A DNA stretch of 64,000 nt from the human T2T-CHM13v2.0 reference genome, Homo sapiens, in NCBI RefSeq assembly GCF_009914755.1, contig NC_060938.1; one strand, written 5' to 3'. This document shows positions 29,921 to 43,140 of this stretch, piece by piece. A program made the translations under genes and the position numbers. Under the pieces are notes generated by a model that did not search any database, was not told the origin of the DNA, and was given only the letters and a program-made list of their open reading frames with translations. Position 1 is the stretch's first letter; each line of letters begins with the position of its first letter.

Positions 29921-31039
29921 ATCCAATCAGTTAAGAAACTGGAAGAGTAAGGAGAATTCTTCCCCAATTGAACTTATAGTTCATCTTTTTGTACGTTTGC
30001 AAGTCAAGGATGGAGGAATAACTTCATAATGATCTCTGAATGTAAGCAATATTATGGGGATGAGGGCCTGTCATTTTCCATCTCCACTTAGGATAGCACT
30101 AACCAATGTGGTGACAGGAGAGCATTGTGAATTAATGAAGAGCTCAGGGAGGCAGTGGGAGACTTTTCACTTAACGGGGCCATTCTAAGCAATGAAATGG
30201 AAAAATGCAGGCATCCCCAGAACACAGGCTGAAAGGATTAGATGAATTTTGACCAGATTTAATTGTGACCAGATTGTGGGAGTGAAAGTTTCAGTTTGAG
30301 TCAAGTTAACTGTTTTATTTCATGTCCCATTTTTTATGTTTCCATATAGCCATCTTGCTTTTTCTAAATTACATGGCTTATTGTATTTGAGTTCCTCCTG
30401 CTTTTGACAGCTCCATGGCTTCCAATTTTGCTTCTGCTGCTTTGATTATTATTCCTGATTTTGTTGTTGATGAGACGTGTGGTTTTCTTCAATTAGCTCT
30501 GTCACTCTTACAAATATGTGTGTCTCGCAAGTGTCCTAATTAAAGTCAGGAGGAGGAGGGGGGAAGATTACAGGCAATTACAACAGTGCCATCCTCCTCT
30601 CTCAATGCGCTTTTCTCATCATTGGGGTGCATTCTTCTGTATCTCCATTTTGTAAGCACATTGAGCAGCCTCTGTCTTTAAAATCCCATTAATTTTTTCA
30701 GAACGTGTTATGCAGCTGTGTCAGTGTGTCATATATTAGCTCTCAGGAAGCCCAGTAGATTTCATTTAGTTTTATTAAGTACAGCCTCCTCCCTACCCAT
30801 TTCCACCATGCTTTGAATTCATCCTGAGACAGAAGGCTACCATCACCACCACATATGGTCCTGTAAAGTCTCCCCAAATCTGTGGCCTTGTGAGTTCAGT
30901 CTCCTCTTGTGTGGGCTCACATTCAGCTCACTCCAATTCAATACTACAAATATTTATTGAGCCTATGTAATGTGCCATGCATTGTGCTGGGAGCCAGAAC
31001 TACAAAGACGAATAACTGCACAGAGGTTAAGATGATGTG

Positions 31040-31275
31040 GGATAGTGAAAAGAGTTTGGATTTCAGAGGCAGACAAGACATAGATTCAAATGCCTGCTTT
31101 GCCACATGCTAGCTTTTTGGCCTTGGTAAATCACTTAGTTGGTTTTGTCATCTGTAAAATTATGTTAATAATACTTACCTTGCAGGGTTGTTGTGAAGAT
31201 TGGAGATAATGTATGCAAAGTAGCTAGCTTGGTGCCTGGTATAGCTCAATAAATGGTAGCTATAATTATTATCAT
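31040..31275 (+). mobile_element. MIRb-like SINE within an L2 fragment
   Basis: 'tcatctgtaaaa...aataatacttaccttgcagggttgttgtgaagatt...gctcaataaatggtagctat'. Confidence 0.8.
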
Positions 31276-31419
31276 GAATAAGATATAGTGTACTTAAGGA
31301 AGTCTACTCAAAGAGAGAGAAGAGTAAATTAACTTTTAGAATATATTGTTATATGTATAATAATGGAAGTATGTAGGAGTTAATGGGATAGACTCCCTAG
31401 AGGCTCTCCATGCTCTCTT

Positions 31420-31862
31420 CCACCCACTTCTCTGTCTCCTACTACTCTACCCCCAACATACTCCAGCCTCCTAACCTCTCGTCATCCCGTCTCTTTGCAT
31501 TTGCTCTGCTTCTTTACCTGAAAGCCCCCTTTTCAGGTCCTTACCTGGCTGGCTCTTTCTCATTATTTAGATTTCAGTTTAAATGTCACCCTCTAGAGAA
31601 CCTTTCTATCACCATCCAATCTAAAGTAGGCCCATCCCTTCACCCTTATATTTTAAAACCAATTTTTTTTTTTTTACATCATAGAAATTATCTGCAATGA
31701 TCGAAGTTGTTGATCTAGATGTTTATTTTCTGGCTCTCCCCACCAGGATGTAAATGCTATGAAGGCAGGGACTAACCTTGTTTTTGTCCATAGCTATATC
31801 TCCAGTGACTAGAACAGTGGCTGTGGCACAGCACATGCTCAATAAATATTTGGGGTAAATAG
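31420..31862 (+). mobile_element. L2a 3' end
   Basis: 'tcagtttaaatgtcacc...atgtaaatgctatgaaggcagggac...ctagaacagtg...tgctcaataaatattt'. Confidence 0.8.
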
Positions 31863-32014
31863 GGGTGAGGAGATGTAAGCCAGAGATGACAAACAAAAGG
31901 GATTCTGTAGTGGTTTGTCGGCATTTTGCTGTGGCTGCCAATATTGAGAACTACCTACTGCGCTACACATCCTCCATCATGGACTCCTACGTCTAAGGCA
32001 AGAGGTCAAAGTGA

Positions 32015-32735
32015 TGAAACAGGAGTATTCCCTGACCTCCTTGTGGGACTTGCAGCAGGGGTGTGGCTTGTTTGTTCAGCCCCTTACGAGAGAGGGAGCA
32101 TGCAAACTGGCAGGTACAGGAGACAGGGTGAGTGCTTTTGGGCTCCAGCCCCACAGTAGTGTCTAGGGATGTGTTACCATTAATGATCCTTTAGCAGTTG
32201 CTGTCTGAGGATGGCTAAATGTTCACTAGCTCAGTGGAGAGTCAGGGTGACAGCCTTTTACACCCCACCTTCTTGGTACCTAGGTCCTTGTCTGGTGTCC
32301 AGGGAGAATCAGGTCACACGGACTTGAAGGTTGGTGAATGTGGGGATTTTATTGAGTGACGGAGGTGGCTCTCAGCAGGATAGATGGGGAGCTGGAAAGG
32401 GGATGGATTGGGAGGATGATCTTCCCCTGGAGTGCAGCTGTCCCGCAGCTGATCTCCTCTTTGACTGTCCCCAGTGGAACTCCTCTTGATGTTCAGACAC
32501 TCCTTCTCTTCTCTCCTTCTTTGCCACACTGCTCTGCTGCTCTTCTGCCCATGGAGCCTGGGATTTGAGGTTTTCGTGGGTACAGGATGGCGGGTGTGGC
32601 AGGCCAGAGTGGTTTCGGTAAAAGCAACATTTGGGTGGGAAACAGGGATAACTATTCTCATTCAGGGCCATGGATCCAGGCTTGAGGGTGGAACCCTCAC
32701 CAGAGACCCCGCCCTCCTGCCTTCTGTCTGTATCA
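32015..32735 (-). mobile_element. LTR1-family (HUERS-P2) solo LTR
   Basis: Ends ccttctgtctgtatca (reverse complement of tgatacagacag), starts tgaaacaggag; 4-bp TSD gtga/gtgg. Confidence 0.85.
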
Positions 32736-33756
32736 GTGGGAGGTTTGCAAGGTGGTATCTGACTTTGTATCATCTCTCAACCTAATTTTGGAAAACTGGA
32801 TTTAAATAAACATCCTTCTCAGGTCATCTGCAAAGTGATTTTACATGACTGAGTCGTTGATATTGGACTCAAATCACATTGCCTACAGGGATCTGATCTA
32901 GGAACCAAAAGGTGGCCCAAAATAAGTTTTCATGGAAATCCATCTTTTATTGGCACGTTTTTTATGGCTTACCAAGGGGAATATGAGGATGTTTATAGGA
33001 GGAAGGTAGGTAGGAATTTGGGACTTTGAGGCTGAGTATTTAGCTTTTTAGCTTTATGAGCGCTAGGCATGGACTTCTTGAAGCAAATGCAACTTTAACA
33101 GCTGATATTTCTCCCCTAGCGTTTGAGTTGGGCTTATAATGTCAAGGCATCAAGGAGTCCTAGCCACACATTTAAAAATGTGCATGACCTTGATCAAAAG
33201 CAGAGACTACAAAAGATACAGAAGGCCCAGTAGGAATCTATTCTACTGGTAGGAAAAACAGTTAAAAGGTAAGAAGCACACATCAAAGCTTCCAATATAC
33301 TGAGAAGATCAGTCACACCATTTTCCTATAAAGAGGACAAAGTTTTTTAGTTCTACCAAGGTTTGCATCTCTTTTATGCAAAAATATCTGCAAGGCATCC
33401 ACTTAGCTTCCAGTAAGTGCTCAACTACGTTTTTATGGTTACTTCATTGGTGCTTCTGGAGCTTCTCCCCACTCACTCACAATTTTAACATGCATTCAAA
33501 TATATTTATGCTTTTTGTTAATTGTCTCTCTGTCTCAATCCAAAAAAGAGCCTGAAGACTTAATGCAGCTTAAGTTTTATCTTCGCATGATTACATTTAA
33601 GTCCAAGTATAGGTTTTATTATGACATGGGGCAAATAGATAGATATGGCTAGAACTTAATCTAATTCATTGTAATTCATCTTTAGGCCTTGGCACTGCCA
33701 TAAGCTGATCATAGTCTGGCTGGCTTTATGTGGTCAACTGTAGTCCTGCCATGGGA

Positions 33757-33759
33757 TTT

Positions 33760-33807
<48 letters not shown>

Positions 33808-33820
33808 TTTTCTTTCTTTT
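33757..33820. repeat. (TTTC)n tetranucleotide repeat derived from the L1 poly-A tail
   Basis: About 12 TTTC units directly adjoining the L1 3' end. Confidence 0.9.
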
Positions 33821-34223
33821 ATTATACTTTAAGTTCTAGGGTACATGTGCACAACGTGCAGGTTTGTTACATATGTATACATGTGCCATGTTGGCGTGTT
33901 GTACTCGTTAACTCGTCATTTACATTAGGTATATCTCCTAATGCTATCCCTCCATCCTCCCCCCACCCCACGACAGGCCCCAGTGTGTGATGTTCCCCAC
34001 CCTGTGTCCAAGTGTTCTCATTGATTAATTCCCACCTATGAGTGGGGAACATGCAGTGTTTGGTTTTCTGTCCTTGCGATAGTTTGCTCAGGATGATGGT
34101 TTCTAGCTTCATCCATGTCCCTTCAAAGGACATGAACTCATCCTTTTTTATGGCTGCGTAGTATTTCATGGTGTATTTGTGCCACATTTTCTTAATCCAG
34201 TCTCTCATTGATGGACATTTGGG

Positions 34224-34975
34224 TTAGTTCCAAGTCTTTGCTATTGTGAATAGTGCCACAGTAAACATACGTGTGCAGGTGTCTTTATAGCAGCATGATT
34301 TATAATCTTTTGGGTATATGCCCAGTAATGGGATGGCTCGGTCAAATGGTATTTCTGGTTCTAGATCCTTAAGGAATTGCCACACTGTCTTCCACAATGG
34401 TTGAACTAGTTTACAGTCCCACCGACAATGTAGAAGTATTCCTATTTCTCTATATCCTCTCCAGCACCTGTTGTTTCCTGACTTTTTAATGATCACCATT
34501 CTAACTGGTGTGAGATGGTATCTCATTGTGGTTTTGATTTGCATTTCTCTAATGGCCAGTGATGATGAGCATTTTTTCATGTGTCTGTTGGCTGCATAAA
34601 TATCTTCTTTTGAGAAATGTCTGTTCATATCCTTTGCCCACTTTTTGATGGGGTTGTTTGATTTTTTTTCTTGTAAATTTGTTTAAGTTCTTTGTAGATT
34701 CTGGATATTAGCTCTTTGTCAGATGGGTAGATGGTAAAAATTTTTTCCCATTCTGTAGGTTGCCTGTTCACTCTGATGGTAGTTTCTTTTACTGTGCAGA
34801 AGCTCTTTAGTTTAATTAGATCCCATTTGTCAATTTTGGCTTGTGTTGCCATTGCTTTTGGTGTTTTAGTCATGAAGTCCTTGCCCATGCCTATGTCCTG
34901 AATGGTATTGCCTAGGTTTTCTTTTAGGGTTTTTATGGTTTTAGGTCTAACATTTAAGTCTTTGATCCATCTCAA
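34224..34975 (-). pseudogene. Frameshifted remnant of the LINE-1 ORF2p C-terminal region
   Basis: ORFs '[16 protein letters not shown]...[14 protein letters not shown]' and '[44 protein letters not shown]...CWRG...HC.WDC' are L1 ORF2p, in two frames. Confidence 0.9.
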
Positions 34976-35268
34976 ATTAATTTTTGTATAAGGTGTAAGG
35001 AAGGGTTCCAGTTTCAGGTTTCTACATGTGGCTAGCCAGTTTTCCCAGCACTATCTATTAAATAGGGAATCCTTTCCCCATTGTTTGTTTTTGTCAGGTT
35101 TGTCAAAGATCAGATGGTTGTAGATGTGTGGTATTATTTCTGAGGGCTCTATTCTGTTCCATTGGTCTATATCTCTGTTTTGTTACCAGTACCATGCTGT
35201 TTTGGTTACTGTAGCCTTGTAGTATAGTTTGAAGTCAGGGAGTGTGATGCCTGCATCTTTGTTCTTTT

Positions 35269-35599
35269 CTGCCATGGAATTTTCTTAAACTCAAGCTTGG
35301 AGAGAGAAACACTTTTGTCTTTGAGTCAGGTAACTGTTAGAATGTGAGCCCATTGATCCAGGCATCCAGGCAGCCATATTTACCACAGTGTGGAGGAAAT
35401 CTGTTTACAGTAAAAGAAAATCAAAGCTAGTATTCAGAAAGAAGCACAGACAAGAGATCTGGCAGCGCTTTGAGTGTCTGGTCTGGTCATCCCAGCCACA
35501 CCTTTGTCTGTGCAGGACATATGAGCCCATAATTTGTATTTGTCTGAGGTAATTTGTGTAGGGACTTCTGACAAGCAATCAAGGAGTCTTGCTAACACA
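35269..35599 (+). mobile_element. Old MaLR LTR (MLT1K/L-like), host of the L1PA insertion
   Basis: 'ggcagccatatttaccaca...atgagcccataa...gcaatcaaggagtcttgctaacaca'. Confidence 0.5.
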
Positions 35600-38500
35600 A
35601 ACGCCAATTCACACCAAAGAGTCAGTAGGAACAAGGTTGCCATATACTGCCTATGAAATCAGCATAGAGCATTGACACTTTGATTAGGATAGAGAAAGTG
35701 AAACACAAGCCCAAAGTTAAAGACAGACAAAACTATGGGCATTTTACAAAAATAACAAAGGCCTGGAAATAGAAGGAAACATTTCCCCACGTACGGTAAG
35801 TAGAAACCCAGGACTACTTGCTCAGATACATGGGCTAAGTAAGGTTCCTACCATCCCACTGAGAAGAGTTGCTGAACATTTACACAACCTTCTGCATACT
35901 AGAGCTATTATATAGCTATAAAAAAATTGTTAATACCCAAATGGCTTTTATCTGTAAAGCCTTTTTATTAACTTTCGATGGTTGCCTAATGTCTAAATTC
36001 TTGATATTTTGAATTTATCAACCAATTATTTTTAAGCAATAAATAATAAACATTCTTTTAAATATTCACATATTGGTAGATTATGATAAATAAAAACATA
36101 TTGATTCAATGAATTTTCCCAAATTCTTAGACATTGGCTGCAAAGTTAAATTTGTCCCATAAAACCCTTCTGATGATTTAATTAAAAGCACACATCTCCA
36201 GAAATTTTTCAAAATGCTTTAAACATGCTAGGATGCAGACAGAAGACATACAAAATACTTCAGTGATTAATACATTAACACACTTACAATAAAACTTACT
36301 ACCATAATGCAAATAACATGAATTGAAATGTCATGTTCCACGTCTTTATTCTCATGTTATTTTTATTCTTATTTCTATTTTCATTGTAATTCTTATTTCC
36401 ATTCTTATTCTTACACCTTAATTTTGGTTTCTTCTCAGAGTTATCTTTCTAGGATTACAGTAAATTTACCACATACAGTATTCTATTTTCATCCTAGGCT
36501 TGTGATAATCTTAGCACTCTCAACTGAAAAATAATAGTCTCCCAGACTAGCTAAGATGAAGAGTCTGGGCTGCTGACCAATTGGTTGCACAGACCAGAAT
36601 TAGACGTGAGTGTTGGGAAAAGGTGAAGCTGCTGGTTTTGGATCATTGACAGGGATGGAAAATATATTTCCTGTTTAAAATGATGAGTTCAGATTGATTC
36701 TTTCAATGTAACAATTTCTATTTCTGTCCTCCTCTACTTTAAGTATGGATTTTCGTTTTTCACTCAGACTCTCTATCATATTGAAAATTTGTTTGCAGTT
36801 TCATGTACATTAAAATATATTTAGTTCTTGTTCTGTAAGATAGTAAATCCAGTCATTCTCCAAAATCTTCTGCCATCTTCGTGAATCCCAAGTTATATTG
36901 TGATAGAGGGGTTCTTTCACCATGCCAGGTTGGGCTTTCTTCACTGTTGGAGAGAAGCCTGAATTCAGCAGTCTTCTCCAGCTGCTTTATTTCTGTCCAA
37001 GTGTGTGGGACAATGTCCTTGCACTTAGAGCCCCATTGACTTTCTGCAGACAGATACTCATATGAAAATGGGTAGGTTTCTGCTTAAGGACCTGAAATAA
37101 AACTATCGCCTCATTTCCTGGATGTAGGTCAATCGGCATTCCCTATTTTTATAAGAACTTTGGAATACCTACGTAGGAAAGTTACCATGGAAATGAAAAA
37201 TGCAAACGGCTAGTTATTAGTTTTTATTGCCCTGTGGAATGTCTAAGTAGAATGTTTTAAGAAGGAAACCAAAGAGGAGTCAGAGCCTTTGTCTCTTCAT
37301 AAATTCTGGGAGTAAAACTGTTGTCCTTTTGAGAGTGACCACACAGTCTGAGACGCCTTGGAAAGATGTTCTGCAAGGCCATATGTACAATTCCTGCAAC
37401 CAGTTGCCGCTACAGCTCCTTACACCAGTAGACCCAGTCTTCTGTCTCAAGAGTTTCAAAATGCCACACTCCCTCCAATTCTGATAATCAGTCCACAGCT
37501 TGCTCTAAATGTTTTCATTTTATGTCTGGAAGTTAATAGGAGCATGGTTTGTTACATACAAAACACATTTGGACTAATGAAAAATGGATAAGACCACCTG
37601 GTGGGCGTTCCCTTAATCTAGACCTGGGGCTCATTTCTGCCCCATTTATTCAAGGTTGGGGCAGAATTCTACTTGCCAAGTATAACAAGTGCAGTCATTT
37701 CTGTTTATTTTTTTCCAGCCTGTACATTTTCTGACTTCAGTCCAGGTGAATACAGATTTAAGAAAAGGCAAAACCAGAGTATGTGACTTGAAGGAAGCTT
37801 CACATTCATTCAGCTCTGCCATTAGGTGGCAGCAGTACAACATGGAAAACATTTAAGGCACTAATGGAGTAAAAATGGTGATGATCATATCGTGATGGTG
37901 AGGATGGTGATGATAGTGAGTGAGGCATATCTTCTTGGTTTTTATACACTGTCTTTATTCTAATACAATGTATTGCTGTTTCTCATTGATTCTCACAACA
38001 CATGGAAGATGGAGAAGTTAATCTTTATATATATTTCTTGATGAGATTAATTAAGCTCAAAGTTGTCCAGTGACTTCCCTGATCCAGTCCTTGACTTTAG
38101 ATCTTGGGATCCACCTCCAGCATTTCTATTCACCTGCACTTCTTTCCACAAGGCATTAATCCTTTTGCATGGATTTAAATTTGCCAATTATATTTCACCG
38201 TCTAGATAAAAGAACAAAGTAGAAGAAGGCATGAATGTGTAGGGTTAAAAAAAAGATCTGCTATGCCTAAAAAAGTGGAAGAAAAATGTTGTCTTAGGGT
38301 AACAACATCTGTGAACTTTTTGAGGCCAGATTGCCTAGTTTACTGAATACCAGACATTTGTAGTTTCAGAGTCTGTTCCTTCCATGTCATTTATGACATG
38401 TAGGAGTTCCTGTGTGACCTTCAGTCCACCTGAAATAACATTTGGTGGCCTACTGCAGGGGCTGGGGGTTGTAGGAGTGTACAATGCTTATACTGGCCAA

Positions 38501-39322
38501 TGGATTTGCATAATGGAAGGAAAGAAGCAATGCATATAAGAGGGCAACAAGCCACCCTAAGGATAAGAACCACACTTCTCCCACATTTACTTTGCAGTCT
38601 GTGAGTGGGATGAAGTCTGAACCATATCCGGGTATCAGGTGTCTGGGCTTAAGGGAATTGGAAATAGAAAAAGTTATCTTTAGTTTCTGTTTTCATTCCT
38701 CACTTTGATTTTGGAGTCTTGAGTCCAAACCAGGAACTTTTTCCTCCTCTTGAGTAAAAGTCCAGTCCAAGATCTGTGTCATGAACTCGTAAAGGTAACC
38801 TCAGGGTACCTAGAAGCAGAACTTTTTCCAAGTTTATTGAGAGGTGCTATAGCACACACACAAGTGGGAATGAAACAGTTAAACTACAAAGGCTGAGGCA
38901 CCACAGGTAGGTTAAGGCCTTTGGGCAACACATCATTTAGTAGTCAATGAAAGAACCTCAACTCAAAAGAACTTAAGCAAGAGGGAGAGTTTACGACCTA
39001 CAGTGATTGCTTTCTTTGAACCACATTTCACATTTCTATTAAAAAAAAAAAAGCTACCCTAAGTGCCTGACTGGGGTGGCTTCATCTTGAAGGCTTTTGT
39101 CTTTCTCTCTCTTTCAGTTTTAGACACTGAAAGATAAAGTAGAGGGTTGATTGCTCCTAGTTTGCCCAGTCCGCACCCCGTGTGTGTATATAGGCAATGC
39201 TCATTTACAAGTCTGTCTTTCTTTGTCATTTTTGGTTTTATCTTTTTAAAAAAATGATTCATCTCATCATTAGACTTAAATAAATCTCTGCTTGTCATCC
39301 TCCAAATTCTTCAAAGTCATAT

Positions 39323-39752
39323 TGAGAGGTGAAGCCAGCTGGACTTCTGGGTTGGGTGGAGACTTGGAGAACTTTTTGGTCTTACAAGAGGATTGTAAAA
39401 TGCACCAATCAGCACTCTGTAGCTAGGATTGTAAAATGCACCAATCAGCACTCTGTGGCTAGCTAGAGGTTTGTAAAATGCGCCAATCAGTGCTCTGTAA
39501 AAATGCACCAATCAGTGCTCTGTAAAATGGACCAATCAGCAGGACGTGGGCGGAGACAAGGGAATAAATGCTGGCCACCCCAGCCAGCAGCAGAAGCTTT
39601 GTTCTTTTGCTCTTCACAATAAATCTTGATGTTGTTCAATTTTGGGTCTGTGCCATCTTTAAGGGCTGTAACACTCACCGTGAAAGTCCATGGCTCCATT
39701 CTTGAAGTCAGCGAGACCACGAAACCACCAGAAGGAACTAACTCCGGACACA
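39323..39752 (+). mobile_element. Solo ERV9 LTR (LTR12F-like), 430 bp
   Basis: tgagaggtgaagccagctgg...aactccggacaca; five CCAAT repeats; perfect TSD atat at 39319-39322 and 39753-39756. Confidence 0.92.
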
Positions 39753-39983
39753 ATATGTTTGGGAAAATCGAAGTAGCTACTCAATAAAAAAGAAGGAAAG
39801 GTCTTTCAGACCTACTGCTTGGTTCTCATTGTGTCCTTTCCTACCAGACAGACCCTGAAGTAGGGATGCTTTTGTGTCACTGATTTATCAATATAGAACC
39901 GAAACTCCACAGGTTTTTGGCCCATTGTCCCTGTGGGATACTTTGTCCCTGTAAGTCTGTATGTCCTGGTGGTGTCATTATAA

Positions 39984-40358
<375 letters not shown>

Positions 40359-41079
40359 TGAGTGGATGCTCCTGATGCCCTGCTACTTTTGGGGCCAGTG
40401 ATTTGAAGCAGACACCTTTTGTCTAATCTTTGCTCTTTCTCTCTGGCATTCACCAATGCCTTAAACCTATACTTGTCTATAATGGAAGCACTGTGTGGGG
40501 TGTGCATCCTCTGCAATGGAAAATAGATGATGGGAGTTTTGATTGCTGTGATCTTCATTGACTTTGGGGTGTCTAAACTTCTAGAGGAATGTCCTCAGGT
40601 TAGAGATTTAGAATAGAGTAGAATGCAACATGAGTTTGCATAATGTTCTTCATAGAAGCTGTGTCACAAAAATGCTTCAGCTGTAAGCAGAGAGCAAATG
40701 GAGAATGCGTTATAGAAGGCAGCTTGATTGAAGCATTTATAAAAAGTGGAAGCTGCAGAGAGCAATGGAGAGACCTGAACAAAGGAGAAAGATGTGCTCC
40801 CTGAGACTTTTTCTTTTCCCATTGGGAAAATAAATTATTGACAGTTAGCAGTCCCTAAGTGAGCAGAGAGGGAGAAAGGGAAATTCTAATGGCTGGGTGG
40901 GGTTTGGATGGCTGGTAAATACGGTGAAGGGGTGGGGCTCTGATCCAGAACCTAAGGACTTCCTGGCTTGGGGCTAAGATCTTCCCAGCTACTGTGCTAC
41001 AGAGAGACCCAGGTATTCACCTCAGGCTCTAGGAAGGGATATGGCAGCTTTGAACAAGAACCCCATTTCCTCTGACCAC

Positions 41080-41670
41080 GTTTGTGCCAGGCATTGAAAT
41101 GAGCATTTTACTTACATTATCTCATTTAATCCTCAGAACAAATATATGGGGGTAGATTATTTTAGTCCATTTCTACAGGAGAGAAAACTAAAGGTCTGAG
41201 AGATTCATTCATTTATTCAACAAAAATAATAATTATAATAACAGTTAACATTTATTGGGTACATGCTATGTGCCAGATACTGTTGGAAATACTTACATGA
41301 ATTATTTCATTTCAATCTTCATAACAACCCCAATGAAATAGTCACCATTTGTATAACCACTTTACAGCTGAAGAAGCTAAGCAGAAAATGTTTAAGTAAC
41401 TCACCTCAGTTCCCATGGTAAATGTCAGCCAGAGTTCAAATCCAGACCGTCTGACTCCAATTCCAAGACCTTACTATGACATAGCTTGAGTGTCAATCAT
41501 GCTCCCAGAACTACGCTGGGCACTGGGGACAAAGCATAAACAAGGCAGACAGGATCCCTCCCTTCATGAAATGTGATTCTCAGTGCCAGAGAGGTTAAGT
41601 GAGTTGTCTGGGGTCAGGCAGATATTCAGGGTTTGAACTGAGATGTCTCAAAAAAGCCACATCTTACAAG
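41080..41670 (-). mobile_element. Nested MIR / L2 3' end / MIR cluster
   Basis: MIR 41080-41202 resumes at ~41586; L2 tail attcattcatttattcaacaa at 41203 resumes at ~41485; second MIR ~41228-41480. Confidence 0.65.
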
Positions 41671-42257
41671 ACACCTACCTCTCTGCTTCTAATATTCCGT
41701 GCACTTCTGATGGGGATGCTAAGCCCTCAGAGCTCCCGGAAGGCTTCCTTACTTTCGTAGTCTTTGCTTTGCCATTTTGCACTGTGTTTTCATCTTCCTT
41801 CTGCTTGTGTCTCTGACTTTTTCTCATTTTCCCTAACTGAATGCAGCAAACCTAAAGCTCCTGGAGAGCTGTGTAGGACTTCTTAGGGGGAAGAGATGCA
41901 TTGCAGTTTTTTTTTTTTCCCTCTGTAGCCTGAGGCACTTTGGAGCATACAAACTTCCCGCACTGGGTCCAGCTCTGACATATGACTTTAGGTGTGTGAA
42001 GCGGGTATACCTCAGTCTGAATGAAACAGCTCACTATGCTCAAGATAGGTCCTCTCAACAGTAACCTCCTAGGAGTTAGCTACACTCTTCTAAGGACTTT
42101 CACGCTGTCACTCAGTTACTTACTCTTCCAGTTGCCGTTTATTAAGCTCTTACTACATACCAACCAAACACTAAACTGTAATCACAATGAAGCCATTGAT
42201 GGTGCCCCCAAGGAGCTCACTTTCTAGAGAGGCTGACACCCTTGATTAATGACACAT

Positions 42258-42258
<1 letters not shown>

Positions 42259-42292
<34 letters not shown>
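42259..42292. repeat. (AG)17 perfect microsatellite
   Basis: Uninterrupted AG run. Confidence 0.95.
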
Positions 42293-42296
<4 letters not shown>

Positions 42297-42339
42297 CACA
42301 CTGTGGGATGGTAAAATATAGCTATTATTTATTGAGAGG

Positions 42340-42812
42340 TTCAGGCAACCTTGGAAATGCATTTCTTAGACCTTCCTTCAAAAAAGACCCCAAGGTAAGA
42401 GGCACAGTTAGCTGACAGTCTCCAGCTCCACCTTTGGGGTCCAGGGCATTGCTCACCTTAAGGCCACATTCTCCCTAGTTTGCTCCCAGCCAACAACTGA
42501 GGACCTTGGGGAGCTTAGAGGTGGGCTGTTTCTGCGCAATACAGGACTACCCTGTGGGCCGTCTTTGCTATGGGTTCCCTTGGCCTAGAGCTCCACAAAG
42601 CTGCACCATACAGTCTGAGACTCCTGCTACCCAATCCTCCACCTCTGCCCTTACCTTCTGAGTGTGTCGGACCTGCATCACGGCCTCCAGGCTCTCACTC
42701 CTTACTCCTGCTTCCTGTCCTCTTTATCTATTGCAGGGGCTTCCTCCCATAAATCTCTTGTGCTTCTAACTCTGTCTTGGTGTCTGCTTCTTGGAGGACT
42801 TGAACTGACCCA
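42340..42812 (+). mobile_element. ERVL LTR, LTR33-like
   Basis: 'cagtctgagactcctgctacccaatcctcc...gtgtcggacctgcatc...ataaatctcttgtgcttctaactctgtcttggtgtctgcttcttggaggacttgaactga'. Confidence 0.65.
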
Positions 42813-42829
42813 GGGAACGTTTGTCAGAA

Positions 42830-43140
42830 AAGGCCTGACTATGTTGCAGTAACAAGTTAATTTCAAAATCTCAGTAGCTTAATACAAAAAGGTTGATACC
42901 TCTCATGCTCTGTGTTTGATGTTGGTGGGTGCGTAGGCCTTGCTTCTCATAGATGCCCAAGCTGACAGGGGCCCAGGCCTATACATGACTTCAAGGCTTG
43001 CCGGAGAGATATGGAGGAAGAGAGAACCTTTATAGCAGGGTCTGGAAGTGGCTTAAATTACTTCTGCTTGCATCCAGAGCTCAGTGACATGGTCCCAATT
43101 GTATTAGTCTGTGACGTGCCATCTTCTCTGTGCCCTGGAC
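42830..43140 (-). mobile_element. Old MaLR LTR (MLT1I/J-like) fragment
   Basis: 'ctatgttgcagtaacaa...aaaatctcagtagcttaatacaa...ctggaagtggc...acttctgct'. Confidence 0.5.

Larger units (their letters stand above)
33757..35268 (-). mobile_element. 5'-truncated L1PA (PA5-7-like), ~1.5 kb
   Basis: Canonical 3'UTR 'ttattatactttaagttctagggtacatgtgcacaacgtg'; TSD ctgccatgggatttt (33746-33760) / ctgccatggaatttt (35269-35283). Confidence 0.95.

Noticed and set aside
36340-36420. Tyr/Phe/Ser-rich ORF segment
   Set aside because: It comes from a degenerate (TTATTC)-like low-complexity tract.
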